A stretch of DNA of 64,000 bases from NCBI RefSeq assembly GCF_006345805.1, contig NC_043008.1, positions 77,252,001 to 77,316,000 of the forward strand. The letters run 5' to 3'. This DNA is from Octopus sinensis. Taxonomy: Eukaryota. A model generated the notes under the pieces. It did not search any database. It was not told where the DNA came from and saw nothing but the letters and a program-made list of their open reading frames with translations. The position numbers and the translations under genes are program-made. Of the stretch, positions 1 to 13,660 are shown one piece after another (position 1 is the stretch's first letter; each line of letters begins with the position of its first letter).

Positions 1-265
1 CAATTAAATAATAGCCTGAGAGAAAAATATTTAATAGAGATTGTCTATTGAAATAATATTGCCCGTGTCAATTAGTAAAACGGTTAAACGTGGCTGCAGT
101 TTAGTTTATTTTATTGCAGCATTTAAGAGACATTTCATCGTTCTAATATTCTGAAGAAATCACACAAAATATCGCTTAAACATGTATGAAACAGAGAAAG
201 AAAATAAACAGTTCTAGGGTGAAATCTTATAAAGATAACTTAAGAGCACGTACACACGTGCAAAG

Positions 266-266
<1 letters not shown>

Positions 267-328
<62 letters not shown>
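267..328. repeat. (CA)n microsatellite
   Basis: About 31 uninterrupted CA units. Confidence 0.98.
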
Positions 329-330
<2 letters not shown>

Positions 331-583
331 TACAAACACACATACAAAGTCACAGCTCATTATAAACTATCGTGAAGAGTAATGCCCATGTGACAAGGAA
401 GCACGTGAGACTGGTGAATGTCAGCTACAATACTGGTCACAATTCACTGAAGTCTCGATCTAAAGATAATGTGTTGATACGCACACATTCACTCTTTCTT
501 CCTTTCTCTCTCCCTCTCTTTCGGTAAACACTATAATCATGGTAAACAATATATCATAATATTTTAATATTGTGTTCATGTAA

Positions 584-793
584 GGCGGTGAGTTGGCAGA
601 ATCTTTACGCGCCGGACAAACGTCTTAGCGGCATTTCTTCCGAGCTTACTTTCTGAGTTCAAACGCTGCAAGGATCGACTTCACTTTTCAATTTTTCGAG
701 GTCGATAAAATACGTACCAGCTGAGCACTGAGGTCAATGTTATCGACTTACCTCTCCACCGAATTTGCTGGTCTTGTGTAAACATTTGAAACC
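584..793 (+). mobile_element. tRNA-derived SINE, family A (GGCGGTGAGCTGGCAG head)
   Basis: Head GGCGGTGAGTTGGCAGAA and B-box-like GAGTTCAAAC; at least 8 further alignable copies in this window. Confidence 0.85.
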
Positions 794-1570
794 AATATTT
801 AGTTTACGGTTGACCACTTTTCAAGTCAAGTCAGTAGATATTTTAATTCACTTTCATGTTGTTGTTTAACCCTACTGTGACAGTGTCAGAGCGGTGTCCA
901 ACTACAACCATCTCACCTTTTCCAAGTATAGAGTATCCCGAGCTACATTATCAGATGTATTCTCTTTGAAAGTGGTGGGTATAATTTAAAAGATTTGACT
1001 GCTAATTCTAACAAATACGTAAAAGGAGATAAGCTTCAGTATGAAGTTCAGAGTTGATTTGTTGTGGAACACTGTAATCATCATCATTATGACACACAGG
1101 TCCCAGTATGTTTGCAAGCTTTGGTGCGATCTATAATTTATTTCTTCTAATTAGTATTATAGTTGCTCTTGTAGAGATAATTTTCATTCAGCCTAGATGG
1201 TGTCTGCTTCTTCGTTGATGTTGCTAAAGAAATTAGTATGTTGCTAAAATCCGGATTAGAAACTGCTCACGGTTAAACCAATATAAGGTTTTATTATGTT
1301 GATATTAGTGAAGTATGATGTACCGTTGGTTTTGTGACACCCACGAGCGAACAACAGCATTACGTGTAAGAAGAAGATTACTGATTACAGTTTTTTTATC
1401 ATTGATATTTGCTACGTGTGAGCTGAGGTGAAATTACATTTGTAGCTGTAGATTTGTTTCATGTTATTTTGCCGAATATTTTACAGTATTTATAGTCTTT
1501 TTCTTTAGGTATTTAGCTTTGGAACAAATGAAGAAGTTACTAGAGCAGTTTGATCAGGTATTGAGACTTA

Positions 1571-2981
1571 CGAGGGGGTGCTGTAAAGTTCCTGACTTTG
1601 AGTGAAAGAAAATAAAGGAGGATCAGTTAATTACGATTTTTCAATATATTTCCCTCTCAGATTCACACACAAATTGCCGCAGTCCATCAGTTTTTCTAAG
1701 CCCTGTAGAAAAAACTGGGAAGTTTGGGCCTCCAAACAGGCCTTTGTAGCAGCGAACACTTCTGAATCGGAGTGAAATTTAGTTCCCTTGAGCTGTTTCT
1801 TCAGTTGTGGAAAGAAGTGATAACCGGACGGGGTCAAGTCAGGAGAGTAAGGTGGGTGGTATACCAATTCGAAGCCAAAGTCGCGTATTTTCCATAGAAT
1901 TTCATATGCTGTGTGTACTGGTGAATTGTCCTGCAAAAACAAGACACTATGGCTCAGCTTTCCACGGCGTTTCTGCTTCAAAACTTCACGCAGTTCGTCC
2001 AACAGAGACATGTAGCATTCTGCATTTACGGTGCGACCCTTTAGCAATTATTTTATGAGGAGTAATCATAAAATAATTAGTATACAAAACTTAATCCATA
2101 TACCAAATTTGAAAACAATTGGAGCAAAAATCACAAAAAAATCACCAAGATCCTGTCATTGCATCTTTTTTCTTTTTGCTTTTAGGAGTACTCCAAATCC
2201 CAGAACACTAGAGTCAGAACGCTTTCAACTGACTTCTGGGTCCTAAACTTCTTGGGACGTCGTGAACCGCTGTGACGCCACTCCATTGATTGCTGCTTGG
2301 TCTGGAGATTATAATGATGAAATCAGGGTTCATTCGCGGTAACTAAACGAGCCATAGATTCATCCTCTCCCGCGTCAAACTGGTCTAAAATCGCCTTTAA
2401 TATCGTCACTCTTATACGCTTCTGTTCTGCGTTCTGGCACTTCTAGACCCATTTTGTGGAACGATTTCTCATGTCCAGAATGTTGTGGATGATGTGGTCA
2501 ACTCTTTCGCGGGAAATTCCAAGAGTCTCGGCTATGGCTTTTACTGAAATCCGATGGTCCTTGAGAATCACGACATGCACAGCATCGGCTTTGTTTCTGT
2601 GGTCTCGGAAATTGGCCGTCCAGGCTGAGGTTAATCTGTAACCTCGAAATGACCAGTCCGAAACCTTGACACCCAGATTTTCACTGTGGAGTTAGATAGG
2701 CGGCCGTCATTCAAACTTCCTTCATCCCACCATGGATTTCCGCCACTCCTTTGCCTTGCAAAAAGAGGAGCTTCATGACCGTCTGTGCTTCAATTTTACC
2801 AAAATCCACTGTAGGGTTTGCCATCATGCGTTAAATCTGCAAAAAAGTGAAAGATATATTGTATGCCACTAGGATGTTTTGCATATCATCTCCTAAGTAG
2901 TTGTTCTACATCCCCTGTAAAAGTAACAGCTCTATCCTTTCGCGATACTCTTAAAGACAGGAATTTTTTCAGTACCCCTCG
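1571..2981 (-). mobile_element. Mariner (Tc1/mariner) DNA transposon, full length, decayed
   Basis: TIRs CGAGGGGGTGCTGTAAAGTTCCTG / CAGGAATTTTTTCAGTACCCCTCG flanked by TA. ORF 1631-2047 has LQDNSPVH and HPPYSPDLTPSGYHFF; the N-terminal part (GISRERVDHIIH..KWV, MEWRHSGS..PKKF) reads at about 2200-2800 with stops. Confidence 0.92.
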
Positions 2982-4308
2982 TATGTTGTTTGAATGGATT
3001 TGGAGTGCTCCTAAGAGCAAAAAGAAAGAATGCAATAACAATTTTGCTCCAATTGTTTTCAAATTTGGAATATGGATTAAGTTTTGTATACTAATTATGA
3101 AAATGAAGTTCATTTTTTTCTATAAATCCATAATTAAAAAGTTATTAGCCTTTAAAATTAGCAAAATTTGGGTATTTTAGCCAATCAGAAGCGAGTATTT
3201 TAGACTTCACAGTCAGCGAAATGTCAAACTTTGAACACCTGTAACATTTTTGCAATTTTTTTTTGAATAAATGAATAACAAATTCGGAATCAGCGTCAAA
3301 AATTACAACTACATGATACACTAAGAAAACTTTTTAAAGATAATTGTAAACAGTGACGAAAACCACCATGATCCCAGTGACACATTCAGCTCTAAACATC
3401 ACGAAACCTTTGCACTAACAACCAACACGGACGACGCATAACACACCGCGTACACTATGCTACACTTAAAAGCCACAAACAAAACTTCTATAACCCCATT
3501 TGTAAACGATTAAACCTTGCTAGCACTGAAATCAATAGCAACAGGCAAGCTAAGACGAAGCAAAATAAGCACAATAATTAAAAAATAAAAGAAAACCATT
3601 CCAAACTGAAAAATTGAAAGCCAAATAACTTCAAAACTTTTGTACCATTGGCAATACCACCTTTTCTATCCTTTTACGCATACATCCTCATTCCAAAACA
3701 ACATATTCTGAACTACAGATATTACAGTGTGCATTATCCTTCCACACAACCTGAACTCTCACCCTGCAACAAGCAACTCGGGAACTTGCATATGAAGGTA
3801 TATGTACTGTATGATGACGTGTATATGTATGCATTGGTTTACAAGAGTGTACTTGTATTGTCTATGTTGTACATGTCTGTATATAGGAATAAGTATGCCT
3901 TTGTGTATATGTATGCGTATGTATCGGCATACTTGTACGTACATGTTTATACAATGTGCATTGCATGCATACATACAAAGATACATATGTAAACTCACAT
4001 TTGAGTGTAAAGTGTACGCTCATTTAAAAATAATTTAAAATCATTTCCTCTATATTACCTGGTATTTCTCCTCCCAATTGGTTTCTTATTCATATATTCA
4101 AATGTTTATTACCTCTATTTATTCAGACTTTTGTAATTCATTTGATCATCTATTTATAAATATTTCTTCATTTATTTTTCACACACTACTTTACACGTGT
4201 GTTCCAATATACGTGTATGCCGTTATGTATATATATATATATCTATGCATGTATTTGTATGCATATATGTATGTATGTAAAATCTATGTATGTATGTATG
4301 TATGTATG

Positions 4309-4340
<32 letters not shown>

Positions 4341-4419
4341 AAAAGACAGCGTGGATTTTGGCCGCCCTGTGCGGTCTCTACAACACGCTCGCCCAACGTA
4401 AGCTACTACATATTTTATA

Positions 4420-4638
4420 GGCGCGGGTGTGGTAAGAAATTTGCTTCCTAATCACATGGCACCGGGTCTAGTCCCACTGCGTGGCACGATCGATAAAATA
4501 AATACCAGGCTTGCAAAAAAAAACCAAAAAAAAAAACCAAATTAGTACTGGGATGGATTAGTTCGTCTAAAATTCTTCAAGGCAGTAAGTATCCCAGCAT
4601 GGTCACAATCTAGTGATTGAAAAGGTAAAAGAGAAAAA
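4420..4638 (+). mobile_element. tRNA-derived SINE, family B, internally deleted
   Basis: Head GGCGCGGGTGTGGTAAG..GTCCCACTGCGTGGCAC and tail CCAGCATGGTCACA..GAAAAGGTAAAAGAG match the copy at 43697. Confidence 0.7.
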
Positions 4639-4703
4639 ATATGTCTGTTTGTGTGCATGTATGCTTTTTGTGTCTATATATGCATATGTGAGTGTGTGTG
4701 TGC

Positions 4704-4791
<88 letters not shown>

Positions 4792-4834
4792 TGTGAGTGT
4801 GTATATATATATGTCCATATGTGTGTAAAATTTA

Positions 4835-6095
4835 TATAAACATGCCTTTAGTCTTGACGTTGTCTCAATGTACACAACGGTACCAGCACACTCGGTGGTC
4901 AACCTATTGACTGACTGCATAGTAGCGTCCGACATCCACTGCTTCGGACTCGCCACAGCTGATATACATCATCGTGGACAACACCTACTTCTCGTTCCAT
5001 AATCATATATACAAACAGACAACAGGTCTCCCCATGGGATCCAGTATCTCGGGCCTACTAGCCACCACCTATATGAACCATCTGGAACGCCGAGCACTCA
5101 ACATTTGCCGCTCATGCGCCTTCTTTACCAGGTTCGTAGATGACACCCTCATACTCATATCCTCCCGTGAAGGGGCTGACAGACTATTCACGACGTTCAA
5201 CAATATGGACACGAACATAAAGTTCACTACAGAACATCCCGACAATACTGGATCACTATCGCTACTTGATTTCCATCTGAAAATTACGGAAGGAGAGATC
5301 CACACCGAGTTCTCCAGGAAAGCAGCTAGTAGAGATATGTTTGTCCAATGCAGTTCAGCACTTCCACTCGGTGGCAAAATAGGATACGCCAGAAATGAAC
5401 TTCCACGCATCCAGAGCAAGTGCAGCAGGATAGAGGACAAGTTGACCCACACTACACGCCTCCCAGAGATATTGAAAACCAACGGGTACCCTATATTCAT
5501 TGTAAATCGGCTTAAGTACCCAAGACGACCAACACGCCGAACACACAGAAAACCCAGCAACACATGCTTCCTTAAAATACCCCATTTTAGCGAGAGGGTA
5601 ACTACAGCCATCCGAAAAGCCATAAGAGGAGGTCTAGACATACAACTAGCCCACTTCGGACCCTTTCGGAGAAGACACCTCGCAAAGAAGCGAGCAAGGA
5701 AAAGCAATCAATGCACACTAGCAAACTGTCCCATCTGTGACACAGATTTATGCCAACGGGTAAATGTTGTGTATAGAATACAATGTAACAAATGCAACAA
5801 GTTATATGTGGGTAGCACAACAAGACCGTTACACGTCCGAATCAAAGAACATCTGAACACGAGAGCCTCCTCCTTCAGAAAACATCTATATAGATGCCGG
5901 GACACTGACAAAAGCATAACAGTCACAAGTGAGGCCAATGAAAGATATATTGGTAATCTAAGAATTGAGGAAGTATAGTTTGCTATAGAGACACAACGAA
6001 CGCAGAAACACACACACACACACTCATAGAATTGATAATACTGAAAACAGTAAAACGTACACAGACGAAGTTTAAGCAAAACGAAATGTAGTTAA
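4835..6095 (+). mobile_element. Penelope-like retroelement fragment (RT + GIY-YIG endonuclease)
   Basis: SLDVVSMYT in an upstream frame; ORF 4974-5978 has YKQTTGLPMGSSISG, RFVDD, LSLLD and the GIY-YIG motif VVYRIQCNKCNKLYVGST..RIKEH. Confidence 0.92.
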
Positions 6096-6879
6096 TATAG
6101 GTGCAACACATACTTTCTTTTAGCATAGTTATGCTATAAAAAATGGTAAGTCACCAGTTTAGCAAAAGTTAGTATGCGTCACCAATGTAAGAAAGGGCAG
6201 AAAGTCAACATTTATTTGGAACGTGTACTAAATGTTATAAAATTCACGAGTGAATGAATGTCATGGTGAAGAAAGTGAAAGTCCAAGAAAATTCAGAAGG
6301 TAGAATTAAATTTTTCATACAAAAATAATTTATTTTACAATTCTGAAACGAACGTTGAACCAAGTGTATAAAAAGGAAGATTCTGTTGTGAACGTTCATT
6401 CAAAATGTTTGCTGAAGGATGTATGTAGCAAGATATAAATTAATTTGACATTACTATATATTTTTGAACTGTGCAACGTTATAGGCTGTAGAATAAATAC
6501 TGACTAACGCAGTTAAAAGGTTGTGCGACGTTGATACTCACAGTGATGAAGAATATAAGGACTGTTAAAAAAGCATTATCTTGAAACCGGTTAGCAGGAG
6601 TAGAATAGAATAGCAGGAGTGGAATAACATTTCTGTAATTATACTAAATGAGCCGCTGAGGCTTTCTCCTTCGCCAACTTTCCGAATTTGTTATAATAAC
6701 CAGAATAATATTTTTTCAGATATATTTGCGAGTATTGTGAGTGGTGTTAAATCAGACAGATCTTCATGTTGTTAGTGAACATTGTTGTTTGTTTGAAGTC
6801 CAGGCCACAAGTAAACTTTCAATATTGGCGCGTTTCACTGTTGTTGTTGTTATGGTGGTGGTGATGAGAAGTTACATAC

Positions 6880-6921
<42 letters not shown>

Positions 6922-8329
6922 ATTAACGCACACCTGAAGCCTATCTCTGTCCGTGTGTATGTGTCTCTATCTTTAGATGTCTTTGTGTGTGTGTGTCAGT
7001 CGTCACAAAAATGTATGTATAGTGACAGACACATACACCGTCACACACACATACTTGTCAGTCATCGGCCTAACGTAGGTAACGAACGTGCGAACATACT
7101 CATATAGAAAATGTGACGTCATCGTCGTTAGGTGGTGCTGATATAAAATGTCATTTAAGATAGGTGGCTAAAAGAAAAATGATAATGTTAAATTTTTGTA
7201 ATGCAAATAAGTGAATGAAAATATAGTTTAGTTGGTAGCCAAAATCTTACTGAATCTTCTGATACCCCATAGGGAAAATAGGCAACTCGGTTTTGGAATG
7301 CATAAGGAACATACGCTAACACACACGCACACGCACACATACACATGCAAACTCTTTTATAGTTATATTTCATATTATTTATAGATATAGATAGAAGCTA
7401 TTTAAATATGTGTGTGTATGCATGTGTGTGTGTGTGTGTACGTATGTATGTCTGTGTGTGGACGAATGTTTGTAAATATATATGCACGCATGTAAGTAAA
7501 TGTACGTTTGTATGAATATATCCAATATTGGTATTTATGCATGTACGTGTATACACGTATATATTTACTTCAAGGAAGAAAACTGTTCCTACGTCAAATA
7601 TGACATGTCTGTAGTCAACTTGCTGTCTAAATATTTATAGAACGGCACTTGTGGTGTATATGCTTTTGTCACTATAAAGTTTGATATTTAGATACCTTTT
7701 GCACTCCACTTTCTCCAAGCCCTGGTAAATTCTTGGATTCTATGGAAGCACAATCAAACGATGAGTCATTTTGTTGCGATGGTTAGTGTATGATATGCAT
7801 CTGCAACAATGAAATACCGCCTCTTTTGGAGTTTCTCGTTCAAAAGGGAATACGATACATATTGTATAGGCGAGTGTATTTATGATAATCTGATCGCCAA
7901 CACGGTTACATCCACCATTGAAGTACTCTCACTGTTTAGAAGTGAAGTGATACTAAACAAGTTTTCGTCATTGTCGAAGTCCATGACAAAAAGGTAGAGT
8001 AACCTAGGAAGAAACAAGAAAGAACTTCAAAAGGTGGTCATATTCAAAACAGAGAGAGAGAGTGAGAGAGAGAGAGAGAGATTGTGTATATATATGTGTG
8101 TATGTGTGTATGTATATCTCAGGTAACCCTAAAGAGGATGGCTTTCGTTGGATATCTTGCAGGACGAAAAACAAAATTTCTCATAGACAGGTGAACTCTG
8201 TTGTTTCAACGACATTCCAATAGCTGGAAATGGAGGACTCTTAGCTGTTGTTACAGTATCCTTCTAGATGAGAACGTTCTGATGTAAAATCTGTGGTTGA
8301 TGTAAAATTGCTTCAGCCTGTCACCAGGC

Positions 8330-8692
8330 AGTAATCGTAGAAGCTCAGTGGCGCTCATGATGTACGATCGTTTATCACTATAATGCAATGACATACAGAT
8401 GTCTGTTTATGGTGACCTCATTTGTCATTCCATCTATCAAATGAAAGAGTGACAGTGTGTGCTGACCTAACTAGTTGAAAGCGCACAGTGTGAACGTGAA
8501 TATATGCGACAAGATTCTTATCTTAACACCGAAGTTACAACTTTTGTCTGCCACCAATGCTTCAAACCATGTAAATCAGCAACGGGACTGAATTGTCATC
8601 TCAGAAGTCATGGACGGAAAGTCAGAAATGCCAGACAACGAGAAAGCCCAAAGAAACGGCAATCATCAGTCAAGATGGGGCAATCACCATGT
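8330..8692 (+). mobile_element. RTE/BovB-type LINE 3' fragment
   Basis: SVYGDL remnant and C-terminal C2H2 finger CHQCFKPCKSATGLNCHLRSH. Confidence 0.6.
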
Positions 8693-8756
8693 AAACACAC
8701 ACACATATACACACACAGATACATATATACACATGCATACATACATTCATACATAT

Positions 8757-8945
8757 GTACGTGATTACGAATTTACATTTATACCAATAATAATTGGAGC
8801 ACTTGGTTTTGTAAATAAATGTCAAACTGTCAGTCTGGATAAGCTTGGATTTTCATCAGAAGAAATCAACCAACTGATTCGTACATTATAAATACAATCT
8901 GTCAGCGGAACAGTAAAACTATGCAAGACTTCTCTCAAGTTTTAA
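8757..8945 (+). mobile_element. REL-endonuclease LINE extreme 3' fragment
   Basis: FIPIIIGALG..IQSVSGTVKLCK resembles the IPIIVGALG..LLGTAHIL C-terminus of the copies at 32957 and 53081. Confidence 0.6.
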
Positions 8946-9100
8946 AATGTAACTGTTTTCGTTATCAACATTTCCACCAATGGAGTTTGGTATCTTTGTT
9001 AGAAACCAACTCCTTCCTCAGAGGAAGAATCTAAATGACTAAATACAGAAGAAACATACATACATACAAACATACATACATACATACATACATACATACA

Positions 9101-9131
<31 letters not shown>

Positions 9132-9643
9132 TCTTTCATTTGTTTTAGTCTTTAAACTGCGGCCATAATGGGGCAGATCCTTGGCCATTCCATAGTAAAG
9201 GTCATATCTTTGCAATCGAATGTTTTCTGGTTATTGCCGTCGCTGTATATTCAGTGTGTGTAGTATAATTAGTCGATGCATCAAAAAGAGATTTATGCAG
9301 ACGGTTCTGATGTGGCCATAGCACTTTACAGGTACTTTAAAGATACTTTAAAGAAATATTTCAGGGTACCTTTTAAAGTGGAAAGTTTCTTAAGCCCTTT
9401 TATGTAATAGTTGAATATATACAGGCCTTTTAATCATATCTATAAAAGGGAGGATGTGTGTGCGTGTGTGTGTGTAGGTGATTGTAATTTATGCACGTCC
9501 ACAAATTAGCATGCATGTTGCTCCAAATTTAGGACATTTGTCAACACCTTATCTGGGTTTTGTCAACTTATTTTTTTCCCCGAGGCACCCGTGGATAGCG
9601 TAAATATCTATTTTCAGACATAGCTTTTAGCCACGAAAAATAT

Positions 9644-9929
9644 CAGCCTTAGCTTTTTTGATGGCGTCTAACAATGAAAAAAGATAAAGAAAAGTGGAAG
9701 AAGGAGGCAGAGAGTTTCACAGGAAAGACAAAGTGAGAGAGGGAGAGAGAGAGAGAGAGGGGGAGAGAGAGATAGAGAGTAAGTTATGACGTTCATAAAC
9801 AGCCTTAGCTTTTTTGATGGCGTCTAACAAAAAAGGTAAAGAAAAGTGGAAGAAGAAGGCAGAGAGTTTCACGGGAAAGACAAAGTGAGAGAGGGAGAGA
9901 CAGAGAGAGTAAGTTATGACGTTCATAAA
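9644..9929. repeat. Local tandem duplication (156 bp + 130 bp)
   Basis: CAGCCTTAGCTTTTTTGATGGCGTCTAACAA...GTAAGTTATGACGTTCATAAA occurs twice head to tail; the copies differ mainly in GA tract length. Confidence 0.95.
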
Positions 9930-10149
9930 AAATAAAACGTAAAATGTTTTGTTTAATTTGTTTTTGAAAGACACTATATTTTATAATCATAGTATATATA
10001 CTTTAGTGAAAATCATACGAGTGCTAATCTATAAATTTAACAACATTTTTTCCATTCATTTCTGTTTATGAACATGTATGCGTGCACAAAACATGCAATA
10101 GGTGTACGTACGTGTGTGTATGTGTGTTCGTGTCTGTTGCCCATATATA

Positions 10150-10321
10150 TTTATATTATATATATATATAATATATATATAATATATATATAATATAACT
10201 AATTTCAACGGATTTCGCCCAAATTTGACGTCTATATTACTTTGTTTGGTTTGAAATAAAGAACTTGATTAGCTTAATAATCGTAACTTAATCCCGGGCA
10301 AGGCCGGGTTATACTACTAGT
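10150..10321 (-). mobile_element. Helentron/DINE-1-like element end
   Basis: Minus strand TACTAGTAGTATAACCCGGCCTTGCCCGGG, the same head type as 46136. Confidence 0.45.
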
Positions 10322-11308
10322 ACCAAATAGTTGCTGTATAGATTCCTGAGACAAGATTTTGAGGAGGGAAATTTTCGGATCTGATAACAATATCAATTCT
10401 ATTTCCTTTTTGTATACTAAAGTTCGGAAAAACATTTTAAAGAATCTCACGCAAATATATGATAGAAATCCTCTCGAATTTCCTGACTACAGAAACGTAA
10501 TAAAGGGTGACGTTGCCATTATTTAAGTCTCTTGCTTTATGCTTCATTCGAAATCACACCTTTTCTGGAAACCGATGTGTGTTTATGTGCGTATATATCT
10601 TTAATGCGTGCATATGTGGCGTCTATATGTGTACCATTGGTGTGTGTGTGTGTGTGTGTGCGTGTGCGTGCGTGCGTGTGTCCGTGTCCTGTAGACAAAT
10701 GGTACTCAAAAATATTAGTGGATACACCTTCATTGATCTCTTTATCTCATATAACCTTTACGTAAACAGGTGTCATTTAGAACACACACACATACACATG
10801 TATATATACACGCACATTAGCCCACTTATATACGTCTGCGTATATGTATATAAATGTGTATGTATGTGTATATGTGTATGTGAGAATGTGTATGTATACA
10901 TACTCCTTTAGTCAGCACAAAAAAAATTAAATCACGTAAATTCTGTTGAAAATTGAGATGTATTTAGAATTTCAAGGAAAATATATTTTACATTTTGTTG
11001 GATGATATCACTCACTCGCAGAATCCTCATCGTGTCGTCATCATTATACTGGGTAGATTGTAATTAATTTGGACAGTGATGACTGAGCGCAATTTTTAGC
11101 AACATGATAATACAAGGAGTCACTGGCAGATTCTCGTTTGACCTGGTATAAATAGCAGCCAAATGCATCTTATGTAACATCCTACATTTTAAAATACAGA
11201 AGAGCGTGTTAGACACTGTAGTTCTAGATTCTTCCTAAATAAACTTGATGATTATTGTTGGAATGCCTTTGATCATAGGTCTGCTTGATATGAATTAACC
11301 TGGTGGTT

Positions 11309-11363
<55 letters not shown>

Positions 11364-11473
11364 GTTGCTGCTACTACCGCCGCTGCTGCTGCCACCCCAC
11401 CCCGTCATTACCCTACTACTACTGCTACTAACAAAATAACATTTATTGACCAACTGATTTGATTAGTTTAAAG

Positions 11474-11805
11474 CATAGGTTCTCAAAGTGGGCGCTACCG
11501 CCCCTCAGTGGTCGTTGAGATAGTCCAGGTGGTTGTTGGTGCCTAGAGGGGCGGTGGAGTGTGGCGGTAGAGAAAAAGGAAGCGTTGGGAGGAAGGCAGT
11601 GGATTGGGGGACGCTATGAATTTTTTAGAATATTATTATAGTATTGTATACAAATTATATATTATATTAAATATCAAATGATTCATAGTATATATAAATT
11701 AGTAAAATGTAAAATATTTATTCATACATAAAGATAGGGATGGGGCGCTGAAGGGATTATGTGGCCATGAGGGGGGCGTTAGCCCCAAAAGCTTGAGAGC
11801 CTTTG
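11474..11805. mobile_element. hAT-type MITE (332 bp)
   Basis: TIR CATAGGTTCTCAA / TTGAGAGCCTTTG; 8-bp TSD GTTTAAAG / GGTTAAAG (7/8). Confidence 0.8.
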
Positions 11806-12318
11806 GGTTAAAGTATGAATTCAGGTGGTCACTGGTGTTCCTAATCATAACAATCAAATCTCTTTGCATTTCACAATTAAAACAAGCAAGCAGAAATTTG
11901 ATTGTGTAGTCTCCTAGATACTGCCCAATATATATGGGATGGTCGAGGATGGAAAGGTTGCTGATCATAGGTTTGCTCAATCCTGGTGGCTTAACACTAA
12001 TACCAGCGCCACAATCACTACCACCACGACCACCATCACATTCATCACCAACAAGACAACAAAGACAACGACGACGACAACGACAACCACCACCTCGTAT
12101 CAAGTATATAAGGCAGGAATGTTTACTAACTATAGTGTTTATTTAATACATTGTCTTCCATTAAAACTAACAACCTTCTAACAGGTAAAAAGTAGAAGGG
12201 TTGACTAAATCTCTCTCTCTCTCTCTTGAAATATATATGTATATATATGCATGTGTGTGTGAGCTGGGAATGAATAGTTATTTAATATATTGTTTTCTTC
12301 CATGAAAGTTTCACACAC

Positions 12319-12370
<52 letters not shown>

Positions 12371-12825
12371 ATTTACATAGATAGTTACATACATTTGGTA
12401 GTTTCTCTAAAAGTAAATATATTCATTCTTAAGTTTTTTATTTATAGAATTGGTTTGAAAAGGTTACACTGGGATACAAAAGCAGGGCTATTTCGGCATG
12501 TAGGCATAAAACAGACAGGGCTTCGGTTTCGATTCCAACGCGCGTTATTTTGGGTCAAATGTCTGTACCAGCGCTGTGGGTCCACCAAAGTGTTTCGAGT
12601 GGAATTTGGAGAAAGGAAATGAATACTACATTTAACATGCCGGCTGATTCAATATCATCAACCTAGCGTTTGGGTACCTTTAGCAGAGTCCATTTCCTCA
12701 TAAACATTGAGATTATATCACTTACCTTTCCTCTCATCAGACTCTAAAAACAGTTATGGTTACTGCCTTTGTCTCACGAAAGCGATTATAAAGGACATCA
12801 CCCCCTGACTTAATTCACAGCAATG

Positions 12826-12871
12826 CAGCAGCAGCAACAGCAGTGGCGGCGGCAGCAGCAGCAGCAGCAGC

Positions 12872-12932
<61 letters not shown>
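12826..12932. repeat. Compound (GCA)n-(GTA)n microsatellite
   Basis: Direct reading. Confidence 0.95.
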
Positions 12933-12934
<2 letters not shown>

Positions 12935-13394
12935 TCTTGTCTTCATTTTCTCGGTTTAGAGACGATCTTTGACCTTATCGCGAATCAGAATTATACATAG
13001 CCGATAGTATAGTTTTGTTGATTTTGAAATTTAGTTTAAACCCTATCGAAAATTTTAGGATCCAGATTTTTTTTGTATCATTCAAGGATCAATGCATTAA
13101 AAGATACTCGGTTAATTCAATCACCCCCAGTCTCAAATCAAAATCAAATGGTTTTTCTGTCTCGTTAAAAGAAGTCACTTAAATAAAATAAAAACTAAAT
13201 TCTAAAAACATATGGGAATATGAAAGCCTTTTTTGCTCATAAAGAGAATACTTTGGAGTAAGTTGTAATATCACAGAGTGTCTATCGTTGACGTGCTTTT
13301 GCGAGAGAAACCATTGAGAACATCTCGAACATTGAAGCTACGGCATTATTAACGATCGATTTTTGTTGCATCAGGACCCAAATATATAGGTTTG

Positions 13395-13660
13395 TATGTG
13401 GAACATTCCTTAAGGACGTGTCAACATTTTTGTGCGTGGAAACATATCTTCTTGCTGGAACTTCCGTTATGGCTGTGTGGAATATTCCTTGTGGGTGTGG
13501 AAACGTTCTATGTGTTGGAGGAAAATCCTTGTATGTGAAGATTCTTATGGTGTGGTACAATCCTTTGTTGTAGAGTAATTCTCTGTGAAACATTTCTTGT
13601 GTGCGTGGAAATATTCTTTTCGGTCTGTGTATGTGTAGAACAGTCCTTTGGTGTCTTACT
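13395..13660. repeat. Degenerate ~21-bp minisatellite (GTGTGGAA(A)CATTCCTT core)
   Basis: About 10 diverged recurrences of GTGGAA followed by ATTC(C)TT. Confidence 0.65.

Noticed and set aside
5069-5707. 212-aa antisense ORF over the Penelope RT (similar shadows over Gypsy pol, the RTEs and 32964-33554)
   Set aside because: Antisense shadows of TE coding frames with no recognisable motifs.
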